This document shows positions 37,462-50,420 of a DNA stretch of 64,000 nucleotides, in pieces. Each line of letters starts with the position of its first letter. Position 1 is the stretch's first letter. The position numbers were made by a program, and so were the translations under genes. The notes beneath the pieces are model-generated. The model was not told where the DNA came from, ran no database searches, and was given only the letters and a program-made list of their open reading frames with translations. Source of the stretch: Tubulanus polymorphus (taxonomy: Eukaryota > Animalia > Nemertea); assembly GCF_964204645.1 (NCBI RefSeq), contig NC_134027.1, forward strand, positions 4,806,485 to 4,870,484, read 5' to 3'.

Positions 37462-40056
37462 TTATCTGACACAGCTAAATATTGGTTCTCCAGACTGTGA
37501 GATTAAGTGTTCATCAGTTTGTATCACTCGAGGACCGGGACCAACCTTGAAAAATATGATAGAAAGAGGAATAAGTGATACTTCATCTAAACATTTTACT
37601 AGTGGTTGGAATGGATTTAAATTTACCTGAGTGGTGATGATGTATTTGATAGCATCTGATTGAGGTTTAAACTTTACTTCAATTTTCTGATGATCATCCT
37701 AAAAACCTCAGTAAATGAATGTACTTTCATTGCACTGTCTAAAACGAGCTAAAAATCTAAAATTTTCAAATGATACCTGATTGATTGGCTGTATATCACA
37801 TTGTAACCCTTTCATCGTTAACGGATCATTTGATGGAAAATGATGATTGATTAAACTGACGAATTTTGTGACTTCATCCTCCAACATGAATAAACAGGCA
37901 TTTGGACCAGCATCAAATGTATACGCTACCTGAAATGACAAGAGTTTAAATGACATGCAGTAGACGATTACCTTCCTAGTGATGAAAAGCTGTAAATTTT
38001 CACTGACCTTTACTTGGTTTTGAGATCGGTTGTACGCATGCACCAGTTGCATGATGGTATTAGAAGTATCGTTAGTATAAAATATCGGTGGATATGTATC
38101 GCGGCAGATTGCATGAAACTGATTGCTCTCCTGAAAACATTGCAGAATATTGATCACAGAAAACATGAAGCTTCTCGTCACTGCATTTATTTCAATAAAG
38201 CACTTAACAACATACTTGCATTGTTATTTCAGCGAATGTTTCGAAATCTTTGTCATTCCAAGCTTCAGTGAGTTTTTGTACTCTATTTGTAACAATATGC
38301 TTCACCCGATAGTCAAGTAGTGAACTAGTTTCTACTGATTGTTGCATGCCCGCTGTACTAGCCGTTATCTTCTTTTGATCGTTTACCTAGTCAAATATAC
38401 CAGAATTTTATTAGAATAAATAAATATCATTTATCATACAATAACCAAATTGAAATTCAGATAAACTTACAACCAATATGATAATTCTCATCTGTGGCCA
38501 GTGAGATTCTGTAAAGAGTTGCTTAGCTCTAGAATCCGATCCATCTTTCTCTATTCCACAATCCCACATGACTAATCCGCCATATATACTTCTACATGCA
38601 CTTCCTGAACCTATCCTTGAAATAAAAACAACTTACTTATAAGAAACGTTTCAGTACCTAAGACATCGATAAATCATAGAAGCAATTGTTTGCTTCTGAT
38701 AACGATATTTGCATTTTATTTACCTCGCTATGTCGGAAACATCACCTTCAATATGGAACAACTTTGAAAGACAATATGCTGTGAATATGAAAATAAATGC
38801 AAAAAAGGAAGTAGAAATTTTTAGCGAAGAAATTGGCAAGCTTTATTCATACACAGTAATCATTGGTGGTATTTACCAAGACAGGCATATCCCGCAGCGG
38901 AAGAAGCAAGACCAGCAGCAGTTGGGAAGTTATTTTCCGAGTTAATGCGAACATGCCATCGACTTGTATCCGAATCATTTGTCTCTTCGTGACGCCTCTT
39001 ACAAGATCTACGACGAACTGAATACGAATATTTAAGACTAAAAGAGGAAAACATTTTCTAGAAAACTCATAGTCACAATAAGTAACTTACTCTCTTTAAG
39101 AACAGCCTTCAAACGAGGATTGTCGATTGATTGCACCCTAGAATACCAAAGGATAATTTCTAATAGATCTGAACATATTAGTGACAATGGTGTTTAACGG
39201 ACTGATAATTCTTACTTGTCATTCAACCAGATTCTATCCTCTGTAAATGATGGGGAAATAGCAACAGTTGTCTTCGTTCGCAACTTTAAGGAGTGGAAGA
39301 GTGAAGTATATATGAATCAATCTGAATCATTGAGCTGCATGTTTTATTTGACTGGAAGTAGGTTTAATAAAATTACCTGGTCTTGGTGCAATGTTGCACT
39401 AATTGAGGAATTTAGAGGTAGAATAAGTTCTTCATTACGTTTTCCCCCTAAAAATGAATAATTTTAATGCAAATTTCTGCAAGGGTCTTCACCCCACAGT
39501 TACAAGCTCTGTAGCCGTGTAGGATTTTAAGAACATATATAGACCATTCAAATAATTTCATTCGCACACACCCAGTATCCTAGGAACTATATATAAAAAG
39601 ACTTAATATAAAAAATCTTTTTATATATAGTACCTAGGATACTGGAGTCAAAAACTTTTTGTGTCAGGTTCCTGTGCTCACACACAATAAAATTAAGTCA
39701 TTTTAGCAAACTAAAGATTATTATATTATAAATTCTTCGTTACAGGACCAGGAAGACAGATTATCAACCTGAATCGCACTTTTCCAATGTGCAATTTATA
39801 CAATTTCTTTCTAATTTTAGTAGGCCCTACTAAAATTTAGTTATGTTATATTAGTTAGGCCTACAAATCCACATGTTGCCGTACGTAACAACGAACAACA
39901 ACTAGTACTGAAGTAGGCCCTAACTCTAGTCTACTCTAGATACCCCGCCGGTCCCGGCGCCGGTAAGGATAGAATCCTACTACACTTACAATATTTGATG
40001 ACAGCTATATTGACAGGTGCAGTGCATGTGATTCTCCTAACTCTGTTGTTGGCCAT
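37462..40056 (-). CDS. MVD: Diphosphomevalonate decarboxylase, multi-exon
   Basis: [99 protein letters not shown]. Stop TAA at 37462-37464. Confidence 0.96.
39572..39645. repeat. 74-bp hairpin (micro-MITE-like) in MVD intron 1
   Basis: CCAGTATCCTAGGAACTATATATAAAAAGA ... TCTTTTTATATATAGTACCTAGGATACTGG. Confidence 0.75.
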
Positions 40057-40556
40057 GAAAACGTCAGATTAAAACAAGTAAATACTTTGGGCTAATAATT
40101 AAACTGACATAAAATGCATTTGACATAATTGTCTACTTCAATAAAGCAAAATTGTTAGGTGTTCGCTGTAATAAATCGGGATCGTATGGGGATTACGTGT
40201 ATTCGTATTTGGACAAAAGCTCGGACAAATTATCGCCACACGTCCAAAGGCGCTTTTACGAATCTTTGTAAATCGATTTAAGTTTCACGTTTACGGCACG
40301 CGGTTTAGTGAATCGGATTTGGTAAATCAACTCGTTTATGGACGCGGTTTAGTAAACTGATTTATTAAATCGACTAACTTGCTCGGCGAGCAAGTTAGTG
40401 GCGATTTAGGCAGTGAAATCCAACGCCGTCCTCTTCGACCGCGGGCTAAGACATCTATCGCAGACCATCATTTATCAATAATTCGGTCACCATTGACGCC
40501 CATCTTTTGAATCGCGACCTTTAAATTGATTAATTGATTCGAGTGATTGATTGTCG

Positions 40557-40712
40557 AGTCAGCGTGGTCTAGGTGATGCTAAATCGATGTACAAGGGTGT
40601 CCCGGGTGCGAACCCAATAATTACTGAAAATGGTTCTGGAATGGCCCTGATGCTGAATGGAGGATGTACTGGGGTGTCCCGGGTTCGAACCGTGTAAATA
40701 CTGGTTCGAAGC
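40557..40712 (+). mobile_element. tRNA-derived SINE-like head with duplicated B boxes
   Basis: A-box-like GTGGTCTAGGTG; B-box-like GGTGCGAACCC, GGTTCGAACCG and GGTTCGAAGCC; no cloverleaf. Confidence 0.45.
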
Positions 40713-40902
40713 CATAAATATTTTAACCGTCAAGTGCTGCCCCTGTACATATCGTTGACGGTGAATATATGAACTAACTTATTACTCGCGCGCCGCAGTA
40801 GGAAAATTGAACTATCAGTTAGTTCACAAATTTACCGCTTATGATACACATAGGGGCAGCACCCAACAGTTAAAAACCGACAGTATGTACTAAATAAGAA
40901 TT

Positions 40903-41160
40903 GAATAATAAGATAAAATCCCACTTTTTACAGATTAAAAGAATTTAAAAACCAGAATTTATTTATTCAATCAAAAATATATAAAAGACACGACGTTTCG
41001 ATCTCATCGGGTCAGGTGACGATGATCTCTTAATCACGTCGTGTCTTTTATATATTTTTTATTGAATAAATAATTTCTGGTTTTTAAATTCTTTTAATCT
41101 GTAAATAGTGTGATTTTATCTTATTATCCGTTCACCACGTTTGAGTGTGGTTATCGTTCT
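40903..41160. mobile_element. Head-to-head Penelope-like terminal repeats (inverted arms of about 90 bp around two broken hammerhead halves)
   Basis: ATAATAAGATAAAATC...AAAAGACACGACGT is mirrored by ACGTCGTGTCTTTT...GATTTTATCTTATTAT. The centre holds GAGATCGAAACGTC (minus strand) and TGACGATGATCTC (plus strand). Confidence 0.7.
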
Positions 41161-41382
41161 AAGAATTGAATAGATTCGTAATTAAGAGTGAGAGCCATAA
41201 CAGGGTTCACTCACTCACACTACCAATCACAATTTTGGGCTACTGTTATTGGAGTTTCAAATTATACCCTCTGAAATTACATCCATCATCTGAAACATTT
41301 CCGTATGGCCAAAATTCCTAGTTTTTTAAACATGGGCCAGTGGTGCCCGTATGGCCAAAATTCTTGTTTTAAACATGGGCCA

Positions 41383-41448
41383 GTGGTGCTCTCGAAACAG
41401 TGGTCTCCGGTTTACGAGGCGGGAATTCTAACCACTAGACCATAGATC
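41383..41448 (-). pseudogene. tRNA-like fragment or SINE head
   Basis: Minus strand CTATGGTCTAGTGGTTAGAATTCCCGCCTCGTAAACCGGAGACCACTGTTTCGAGAGC has A and B boxes, but the acceptor and anticodon stems do not pair. Confidence 0.55.
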
Positions 41449-41710
41449 TATCGTAATCATTCGTGTGTGTAAGTTTGTCTCGTATGTGATTTTGTATGTG
41501 TTCAGTTTGCTTAAAATCGATTTTCAGAATGCATCTTGTTTGCATCACAGTTTGTCAAACGGATTAAGTTAAACAGATAACTGGGTAAACTGAGGACACA
41601 TCAGTGTGAATATTAATTGAATTTGCGTGCATTCGAACCAAATGGATTTTTTGTGGCGTTGATCAGGTTCGAATCCCATCAGAAAATGATTTTCTAAACT
41701 TGGCGGTAAT

Positions 41711-41806
41711 ATTGGTACTTCTCATTGGCCAGGATCAGTGACGTCACACTGTCAGTATAAAAACTCAGGTCAGCTGATCCCTCTTTCCAGTTCGGCCATT
41801 TTTCAG
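41711..41806 (+). promoter_or_regulatory. Pol II core promoter plus a short non-coding first exon
   Basis: Inverted CCAAT boxes at 41711 and 41724, CRE TGACGTCA at 41739-41746, TATAAAA at 41756-41762, pyrimidine-rich initiator at about 41781-41792, donor CAG|GTAAGC at 41807. Confidence 0.75.
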
Positions 41807-42825
41807 GTAAGCTAACATCATCCATAGAAACCTTTCATTCGAAGCGTCGTTCAACTTAATTCTGGTGGCTTCTATATTTAATATTTAGAAAATAATGATA
41901 CCCAATAATTTAATGTTAATTATTATCATTATTTAATAGAAACTCGAGTTAGCTATTTCTTAGAATCAATAATTTTCGATTTTCTTGATTTGTATAACAT
42001 TGTTTTAACGTTGCAGCAGCACAGCAGTTAGAAAGTGACAGCAGCAGACCAAAAGTGACAGCAGCAGACCAACTACGTGACAGCAGCAGTAAAACTACAA
42101 CTACATTGGAAATTCAACTTTGAATATCAACACCATGTCAACAAAAATGTTTTTGGGCCTATTGAACTTGGTGCGCGCCGAGGTCCTGACTTTGAATCCT
42201 TTATCCCTCGGCGCATTTTGTGATTTGAGTAAGTACAAACTCTACTTCATCAAATTCTCGATTATTTTTAGTGATAAGCATCTAAAATTATTTGATTTCT
42301 AACATCTGAAATTTTTTTGATCTCAAATTCACATTTATTTTATCTCAAATCTCCGCATTATTGAATACTAAATTTCAAATTGTCTCAATCTTCTATCATC
42401 AAATGTCAATTTCTTTCAATCCTCTTTTTAATTTCGGAAAACTCAATTTATGTCTCACACTGATTTCATTTCAATTTATTTTGAAAATATCATTTTATGT
42501 TTCTAGTCTTTTATTCTATTTCAAATTACCCAACTTAAACTCAATTTAATTTGCTAATAATTCTAACGGTGAATAAAGTTTGAATTGAATTGAATAGTGA
42601 TTAGAGGTTCTGGTGGATGAGAATGAACTTGAGGAAGTAACTTCATTTCCTGGTTTCTGGTTTTCAAATATCGTGGAAATTGTGAAATATTCATCATGTT
42701 TTTCATATGCAATGCTGTATCCAGTCAATAGAGATAAGTTACAACATAAACAGTTTAAACTGGCTAGGCCTCCAGACCAATGCACTTCATGGAAAATCCT
42801 GATTTATGTTAATAAATCAAATTCA

Positions 42826-43065
42826 AGTAACTGGACTGCACGGGTTTAGTCCATTTACTTAGTCAGTAAGTAAGCAGACTGCAGTTTAGTCCATATTTTA
42901 ATCAGTAATTGGACTGCGGTGTAGTCCATATTTTAGTCAATAACTGGACTGCGCTGTAGTCCATCGTTTAGTCAATAACTGGACTGCGGTTTTGTCAATA
43001 GTTTAGTCAACTACTGGACTGCAGTTTAGACTGCTGTTCAGGAACCGGACAGCTGTTTAGTCCGT
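42826..43065. repeat. 35-bp tandem array (about 6 copies) with an internal GGACT...AGTCC hairpin
   Basis: GGACT recurs at 42911, 42946, 42981 and 43016; unit approximately AGTCAATAACTGGACTGCGGTTTAGTCCATATTTT. Confidence 0.85.
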
Positions 43066-43269
43066 ATCCAGATACCCGTCACATTATGGGACCAACTTTT
43101 TAGATACCGCTAAAAAGTAGCACTAGTATTTACGGTAATTTCGTTTTCTCTGCGACTCCAGGATCCGACAACATGTGATTTTCTTTTTATTAATTATTGA
43201 TCAATCGTCAGGAAATTCAGGATCACTTTTTTAATTTATTGGTTAAACTTCGTTCTTCGTATCTCTAGG

Positions 43270-45230
43270 TAGTTGCTCGCAACATTTTGAGATCTCGAAA
43301 TCATGGCGGGGGAGATCAAGTCTTTCACTAGCTCGGCTCATAGTCCGAATCTTCATCGTCTAATTGTTGGCGAATCCTAGATATTGCGGCCTTGCGGTAA
43401 ATAGAGTTTACACACGATTTATTTCTAACGGATTCATTATTACGGTCAATGGTTGGCGCCTCGTACTGAGTCACTCTAGTTGTGACCTTCCGCAGGACGT
43501 GGTTCTTACTTTAGCTGAGCAGATCATCCCGTCTGTGCCTACATTTGTTGCCATAATAACACCCAGCTGCCATAGAATTCTTCAATGGTGTATCTGTGAG
43601 TTTTTACAAACGCCCAAGATTCCTTTTTTCCTTGTGGACTGCGAGTGACATTAACTACCAGCAGCCATGACACGTTTTCATCAATGAATCGTCTGCAACA
43701 TCACTGGTTCAGTTTCAATCATCCTCACGTGCGGTTCGTTTCGTGAAGTTTTGGATTGACTATTTCGTCATTTTCGTTGTTCTTGTATGGAAGTAGATTG
43801 ATTTGTGTCCTCAGTTGCAGACTGAAGTTCTCAGTAATTTCTCGCACAAGTTGAAGTTTTCTGCATCGATTATGCAGCAGATGTCCGTTGGCAGGTGTCT
43901 GCTGGCAGGTGTCCATATGCAGATGTTCCTTTGCAGTTTCGGCATGAAATCATTAGCCATCTCTTCATTTACTTATAGGAGGTTTACATGTTTGTTGTCA
44001 GTCAGCATCCCACATTATTAACATCTCAGACCAGTAATCCAGTCCAAATCGATGAATTTCACCAATGGCACCCCCTAGAAAGAATTTATGCAATATTTTC
44101 AGCTGTTTCAAGGTAATTCCAATCAGAAACATTTGTTAACGGTCCCTTCGAAAAACAGGAGGGTCACATCGTATGTCACAGTCCCTGAAAAAACAGTGGG
44201 GTCCTTAAAAAACGACAGACGGGTCTGGGACCCGGGACCTGGCTCTTATTGAAAACACTGCTATCACCCATCGCTATTTCGTTACTACGTTCGAAGGAAT
44301 TTCTGATCTTTGTCCATTCGCCCGTTTTGACTCTTCGTCCCTTCAATGTTCTCTGTCCATTGCTTAATCATAAGGGCTTTCATGGTGCAACGATCCTACT
44401 AAGCTCTAAAGGATCAAATATGGATGACCATTTTGACGGAACCTTTCCTTTCATTACTTTGTCCTCAATCGTCATATCTTTTTTACATGTATGAATCATG
44501 ATATTACTTTCCATTTCTTTTTGATTGGTTCAGCATCCTGTTGATCGATAAATCAAGTAGCACTGTTCTTGTGGTGGTTCGGTGGTCAACAATTTCTGTC
44601 GATTCTTTTTCATAATCCTCATCGCTTGCGGATTCTAGACTAAAGTTGCTTCAATTCTCTCGATTATCACTAGAATTTTCTTGTACAGTTCTTTAAATTC
44701 CTCCAACAACGATTCAAGAACTGTAACTTGTTTTTCGTCGATATCTTCTTTGAGGAGTGCTCCATTTTTCTCAACATTTTTTCAGATGTCGATGATAAAC
44801 TTTGTTGTTGTTGTTTCTTCAGTTCTGTCCGAATGGCTTCACCTTCAGAGGGCTCACCCATCCATGAAAATAATACTACTGTTGGTTATGTCCAGGAATG
44901 CAAGTTTTGCAGAGAGCTGACGAAGTGACGATGTGCAGTCCATTCATTCTTTACTAAACTGAATTGCTGCTTTATTTCTATATTAAAAACTACACAAGTA
45001 TCAGCTTATCATCTCATGGACGGTGCGCGAATGGACGGTGTGAGTGGAAGTTGCCATGGGATCCGGATAAGTGCCAGTAACACGCTAATCTCTGTCTTGA
45101 GAGAATCATTCACAAAATCGCTATTTTTGATTTATAGTTCCTCTTTTTGTCAGAACGTCAACATTCACTTCTTTTTTTTACTCTCTTCTTTAGTATTCGT
45201 CTGATTTTAATTAGGTCGTACCAACATTTT
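43270..45230 (-). mobile_element. Decayed BEL/Pao LTR retrotransposon remnant
   Basis: Minus-strand peptides WNYLETAENIA*ILSRG (about 44070-44122; Pao RNase H NPADxxSRG motif) and WQLGVIMATNVGTDGMICSAKVRT (about 43502-43573; C-terminal WxLGxI..G.DG..R..KV domain). Coiled-coil gag-like remains at 44.6-45.2 kb. Boundaries approximate. Confidence 0.75.
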
Positions 45231-46332
45231 GTAGGAAACTCAACATGTAATATACCATAAGTGCTATAAATACAGATCGATCTATCCAAAATTCTGAAAT
45301 ATTCAATCAAAATAAATATAGCGAAAATCTGAAAAAAATGTTGCTACTTTTCAGCTGCATCAAAGCATATGGTCCCATACAGTGGTTTACTCAGTATCCG
45401 GATGACAGTTTAGTCAGTAACTGTGTGATTCATTTCGTTCTGAGACCAGATTTTATCAAATTTCCTCTAGCTGTTCTTCAGATAGGCCTACCCTTTGACT
45501 TAATGTTTTAATTTCAGAATTCATTTATTTTCTTAAAACCATAAAAAGTATTTCCTCTACCGTTATCCAGGCCTGACATTTATCTAGGTCTATCCTGTTT
45601 TGCACCTTACAAGTTCGACGTGGACTTTTCATATTGTTTTTTCTGTAAACCGTTGCAGCTGTATTTATAGTGAATTATTCCACTGAATGATTCTATACTT
45701 GAAGGGTAAGTAGTGACTTATTTGAAATAATTGAATTCATGTGAAATAGGCCTAAATTCTAAATATTGTTTATTGTTCGCTGTTTGATTTTTATAGATGA
45801 AATTATAATTTGTAGTGAATGGATTTAATTGTATGAAGGTACAGCAGTGGACAGTGTCGTGTGAAATGGTTTTTACCCCTGGTGGTTGTTTCTGAAGGCA
45901 CAGCAGCAGACAGTGTCGTGTGAAATGGATCTTACCCTCGGCGGTTGTTTCTGAAAGTAAAAGTTGAAGTTTTTTGTTTGATGATGAAAATACAGAAGAA
46001 ATTTGAATGAATTTTTTTTGTGTCGTTTTTCTGTTTGTCATGAAATGAAAATGAATTAGACTTACTTAGCAAAAACCATAGGGAAATGTGCAGTATTCGA
46101 AGGAAATATCACAATTTTTGGAACTAAAATTCGGTGAAAATTCATTTTAGAAAAAAATATTTTCAAATGTATCGCATTTTATTGGATTTTTTGCCCTTAA
46201 TGATACTGTAGACTTCGCTTAAACTGGTAGACGGTCTATATCTGGTATAATCTGTTCAATTAGATGAAATAAAGACGAAATGTTGTTTTTCAATACTTAT
46301 GTTTTGCCTTTTATGGGATTGCTCTTTTCCAT

Positions 46333-46610
46333 GATAATAATAATAATAATAATAATATTATGCCTCTGATTATGCCCTAAATCCAGCTGCTCAGAGCGCT
46401 TTACATTTACGGTTTTATTGCCCCAGCCATTTAATAGTCTCATGGGGTGAAGTAATATCCGAGCAGCTGCTAGGCGCTCAGGGGTCATATATCGGGCCTG
46501 GTACCCATTTACTCCTGGGTGGAGAGAGGGAATGAGGAAAGTGTTTTGCCGGGGACACAATGGTAATGTACAGGTTCGAATCCATGACGACCTGGTTTCC
46601 CAGAATGCTT
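46333..46610 (-). mobile_element. SINE with a Deu/Nin-type core and (ATT)n tail
   Basis: Minus strand has B-box-like GATTCGAACC, core CCTCTCTCCACCCAGGAGTAAATGGGTACC, L2-like 3' end GTAAAGCGCTCTGAG and an (ATT)8 tail. Confidence 0.75.
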
Positions 46611-49600
46611 CCCGTATCCCGTAAATGTTCACTTCATTTCCGTTTATTCTCTGCCTGAACTGGTAAACTGTAATGGCTGTTCGCCTATATTATAGAATAC
46701 ATGTATGTACTATCAACCGTCTATCTCTGTTAGCAAAAATACATAAAAACATGAGAACATCTTTATTTTTGCTGTTAGTGATTAGGCCTTATGTTCTATT
46801 AATGCACACGCATGACTTAAACTGGTCATAATATAATTACCAATATAATTACCATTACTCAAAGAGAACGTCACAAGTGAACTGAATCGGAAGAAAATGT
46901 TGCGGGATAAAGAAACATGAAATGTCCAGTCTATTGAAGGACTTGTGTCTAGTATATTATCTCTTTCAGTGCCCATGTGTAATAAGAGAAAAACCCTCAG
47001 AGTGCCCATCATTGTTACCTAAAAAGTAGGGAAATCAATAGAAACTTTGAAGCTCCTTAGAGTGAAAACTGTAAGAGATAGAGCTTTATGGTAATTGAAA
47101 AGTTTGTAGGGTATGAATGACCCTTGGATAATTTTGGTGGTAATTTTTCTTACTGAAAGTGACGTCCTATGCAAATGAGCTAATTTGCATGAATTATAAT
47201 CGGTGACCTATTTATTTGATAACCCCCTAAATTTCATATATCAAAATGAACAAATCGGGTATGTAGCCTCAGCTAAAAGCTGACAATGGAATATTCTATA
47301 TCTACGGTCACAAATATATATTTTATGGGTAATTATAATTAGTAAATGAGCTAATAATTAAATCACGTGACCTTCTGGATAAGTACCCGCTACTTTCAAA
47401 CGCAAAAAACTCAAATATTTTGAATAGCAACACCACAAAAACGCAGCATAAAAACTTACTAACGGGTGCTGCCAATTAATCAAGCCGTCTAGCGGCAGGT
47501 TTCTCCGCTGAATTCTTTGCGACTAAACTGCTATAAGAAATGTCGATGAAAGTCGACAGGGCACTGTACGACCTGAAATAATCTGTAGACGAAAGTCGAC
47601 TGGGCACTGAAAAAGTTATAGAAGGAATTTGGGGATTCACTACATGGTCAGATTGTATACAATACAAAGAAATTGATCATTTTGACCACTATTAGGCTCA
47701 ATAAATCTTTTCATCAATTGATTTTTGCAATTCGTAAAAACCGGTAACTGCCTAATTAGGTATGAAAATGAAGGTGCCAAACTGTTTGTGGATTAGGCGG
47801 AGTCTACTGCATAATGAATACCACTTTAAAATGGCTGTGCATGGAATTTTGTTGATCTTAATAAATCAATCGTTGGTGTAAGATGAATTATACATTCTAG
47901 GTAAGTTTGTAATGAATATGTGGAGTACCGATAGGCCTATTGCTGACAAAGAATATTCTATTGGGAATAATGAATTCAGCCATTTGTGTTGATAGCTAAA
48001 TATTGTTCTTCAAAATGAATGTTTTTTATTTGTAGTGAGTGTTGTTTCTGAAGGTGCAGTAGCGGGCAGTGTTGTGTGAAATGGTTTTTACTGGTTTTAG
48101 ATTCAGCGAAGTGAAATTATTTATGTTGTTTTTCTGTTTTAATTCATGCTGTAAATAGTTTAAACAATAAAATATTAAAAAATCAGTCATAATTTTATCT
48201 TCATTTTTGACAAAATATAATATGTTATACACACTTGCCTCATGTTCAGAGGAAATAAAATGCAAATTCTCCCACTTACCGTGGATGGAGTGTGGCCCTG
48301 TATGCAATCAAAAAGTGTTCTACAAAATAATTGAATAGATATCTGAAGTATGGACAAATTTTTCACTCATCCAATTGAAAAGTAATTACTGAATAAAAGG
48401 GATTATCGATCAATTTTTTGTTTACAGCGCGACATCTGTTTTAAATTAGATCTTTTTCCATTTCAATTGGTTGATAAATGAAAAGTTGTCGTGTGTGTTA
48501 TTCCAAAGAGGTTCCCAGATTTTGAAAACAAGGGTCATGGGTAACAATTCCATTGATTATTCATTATAATGTATAGTTTTTGTCACCTGGAACCTGGTAC
48601 GTCATCACCCCCCAGACAAAAATCAAGTGTATTTTTGATTCATGATTTGCTACCAAAATTTATTGTCGGTAATTGTAGGATGCAATTTATTACAATCAGT
48701 AGTTCCAGTAATGAATTAACAAAAGTGTTAGTCGCCAGCAACTAGCAAAGTACCTGTCCACATACAGCGTTGGTTCTGAAACATACAAGTATATAAGACA
48801 TAAAAACCATTATTAAAAATTGTATTGAAAGATTCAATTATCAGCCTCACTGATGATATACTGTCGACTTATCGTTATTATGTAATGGATGATGCAAATA
48901 ATGAGAGCGGTAAAAAGTGTAGTTACAACAGCGTTAGTCGTACAACCATATCGTACAACCAGTGACATGATCACTTCTCACAAAATAAGCTTACGATCGC
49001 TTCCAAACGTTCAAATGACCCTTCTTACCCAACTTTGTTCGTTCTTCCATCACGTCACATTCACCTATTGGATAACTGCATCATTTTATAGGTTAATATC
49101 TAGAAATACGATAATTATATGCGAACATGTCATTATGTCATTTATGTGTAATATGCATGATCCTTAATGTTTTTTTTTTTTTTTCATTCCAGATTTAGAC
49201 ATCATCGAAAACATCCAAAATGACCAGTCTAAAGCAGCCCGCAGAGCACTTCCAGCATTAGAAGATACTTATAAAAGGTTAGCATCTATCTGCGGGCCTA
49301 AGGAACCAACTCCTCCAGAAATCGTTCCACCTTTTGAGTTGGTTCCTTTGCAGGAGGTGGACCCTGCTTCTCCTGTAAATGTGGAGCAGGAGGTCGCCCC
49401 TGCAGTGATGACCCCGGCATAGGCGCCACAGCTTCAGACGCCTTCACTGCGTCGGTCGCCCCGTCGAAATACAAATCAAAATATAAATTACGCAATAGGT
49501 TCGGGGCGTCCGAAATAAAAAAAACAAGGCAAACGTGCAGCTCGTCCTCCCCCACCTCCCCAACCAAATTTTGAGGAGGAGAGCAGTGATGAGGAGGAAT

Positions 49601-50420
49601 TCGCTACTCCTGGAGCGACACCACCAGGGCCCGCAACTCTACCATCTTCCAGACCACCACCATCAACAACAACAACAAGATCAACACGAGTACGACGAAA
49701 TAAAAGAAGAATTGATGAAGATGAAAATAATGAAAATAATAATACGCCAGCCCAGGCATCAACATCGGGCGCTCCAGTGGGGGCACCACCCTCCCCCGCT
49801 GTCGAGCTGGTGGCGCGCGGCCCTGGGTGGTCAAGAAACATCAATTACCACGATCCTATTAAAATGCTCCGCGATGTTGAAGGGGCCTTTAAAGGAAAAT
49901 ATGAATTAGTTAAACGTAGGCGAACCCATTGATATAACATCAGCCCCTTCACTCGCCATCACCCGGGCAACAACATCAGCCCATGCACGTCTGCAGATCG
50001 GCACATCTTGAAACTCAGTTTTCCCTTCCTCCTTCGTCGATCTGCAGGTTGCGCAGTGTTAAATATCTGTCAACACTCCTTGAACCAGTGGGCGTGCAGT
50101 CCTCCCTTACTTTTATAAAAACGATATAAAAATAAAAAACCAGACATCATTGCATATAATCATTGCTTTTATGGAGTTTTTACGGTTTCTCCAAAAAAAT
50201 TTAAAAAAATAAAAATAAAAAAAATTCATTATCATTTCATCCCTTAATTTATTTTTTGGACAAAAATAAATTTTTGTCCATCATCCCATTCATTAACTTT
50301 TAAAATTTTTTTTGACTGTACGTCCCACTGTGTTCCACTCCATTTTTCCCCCCATTTTTGCATTAACTCTTACCATACCTTATTAACTAAGGTTCATTGT
50401 GCTTCTCACAATGCTGAAGC

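Larger units (their letters stand above)
42135..49932 (+). pseudogene. Hidden spliced orphan gene (coding exons 42135-42228 and 49193-49932, 277 codons) with two in-frame stops
   Basis: ACC-ATG start. The phase-1 donor A|GTAAGT at 42229 matches the phase-1 acceptor T16-CATTCCAG at 49192. The last exon has 245 codons without frameshift, with TAG at 49420 and TAA at 49516. AATAAA at about 50131. Confidence 0.6.

Noticed and set aside
41383-41448. Functional tRNA gene
   Set aside because: A and B boxes are present but the cloverleaf stems do not pair; kept only as a tRNA-derived fragment.
46967-47609. DNA transposon bounded by CAGTGCCCA/TGGGCACTG
   Set aside because: Only a 9-bp inverted match, no clear TSD and no second copy in the window; plausible but unsupported.
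49161-49168. TCCTTAAT as a U12 branch point
   Set aside because: It is followed by a long T tract and the matching donor is GTAAGT, so the intron is U2-type.
49298-49909. ORF-track products on the minus strand and the polyQ/H ORF 49535-49909
   Set aside because: They are shadow frames of the stop-interrupted plus-strand exon 49193-49932, which has the strong acceptor.
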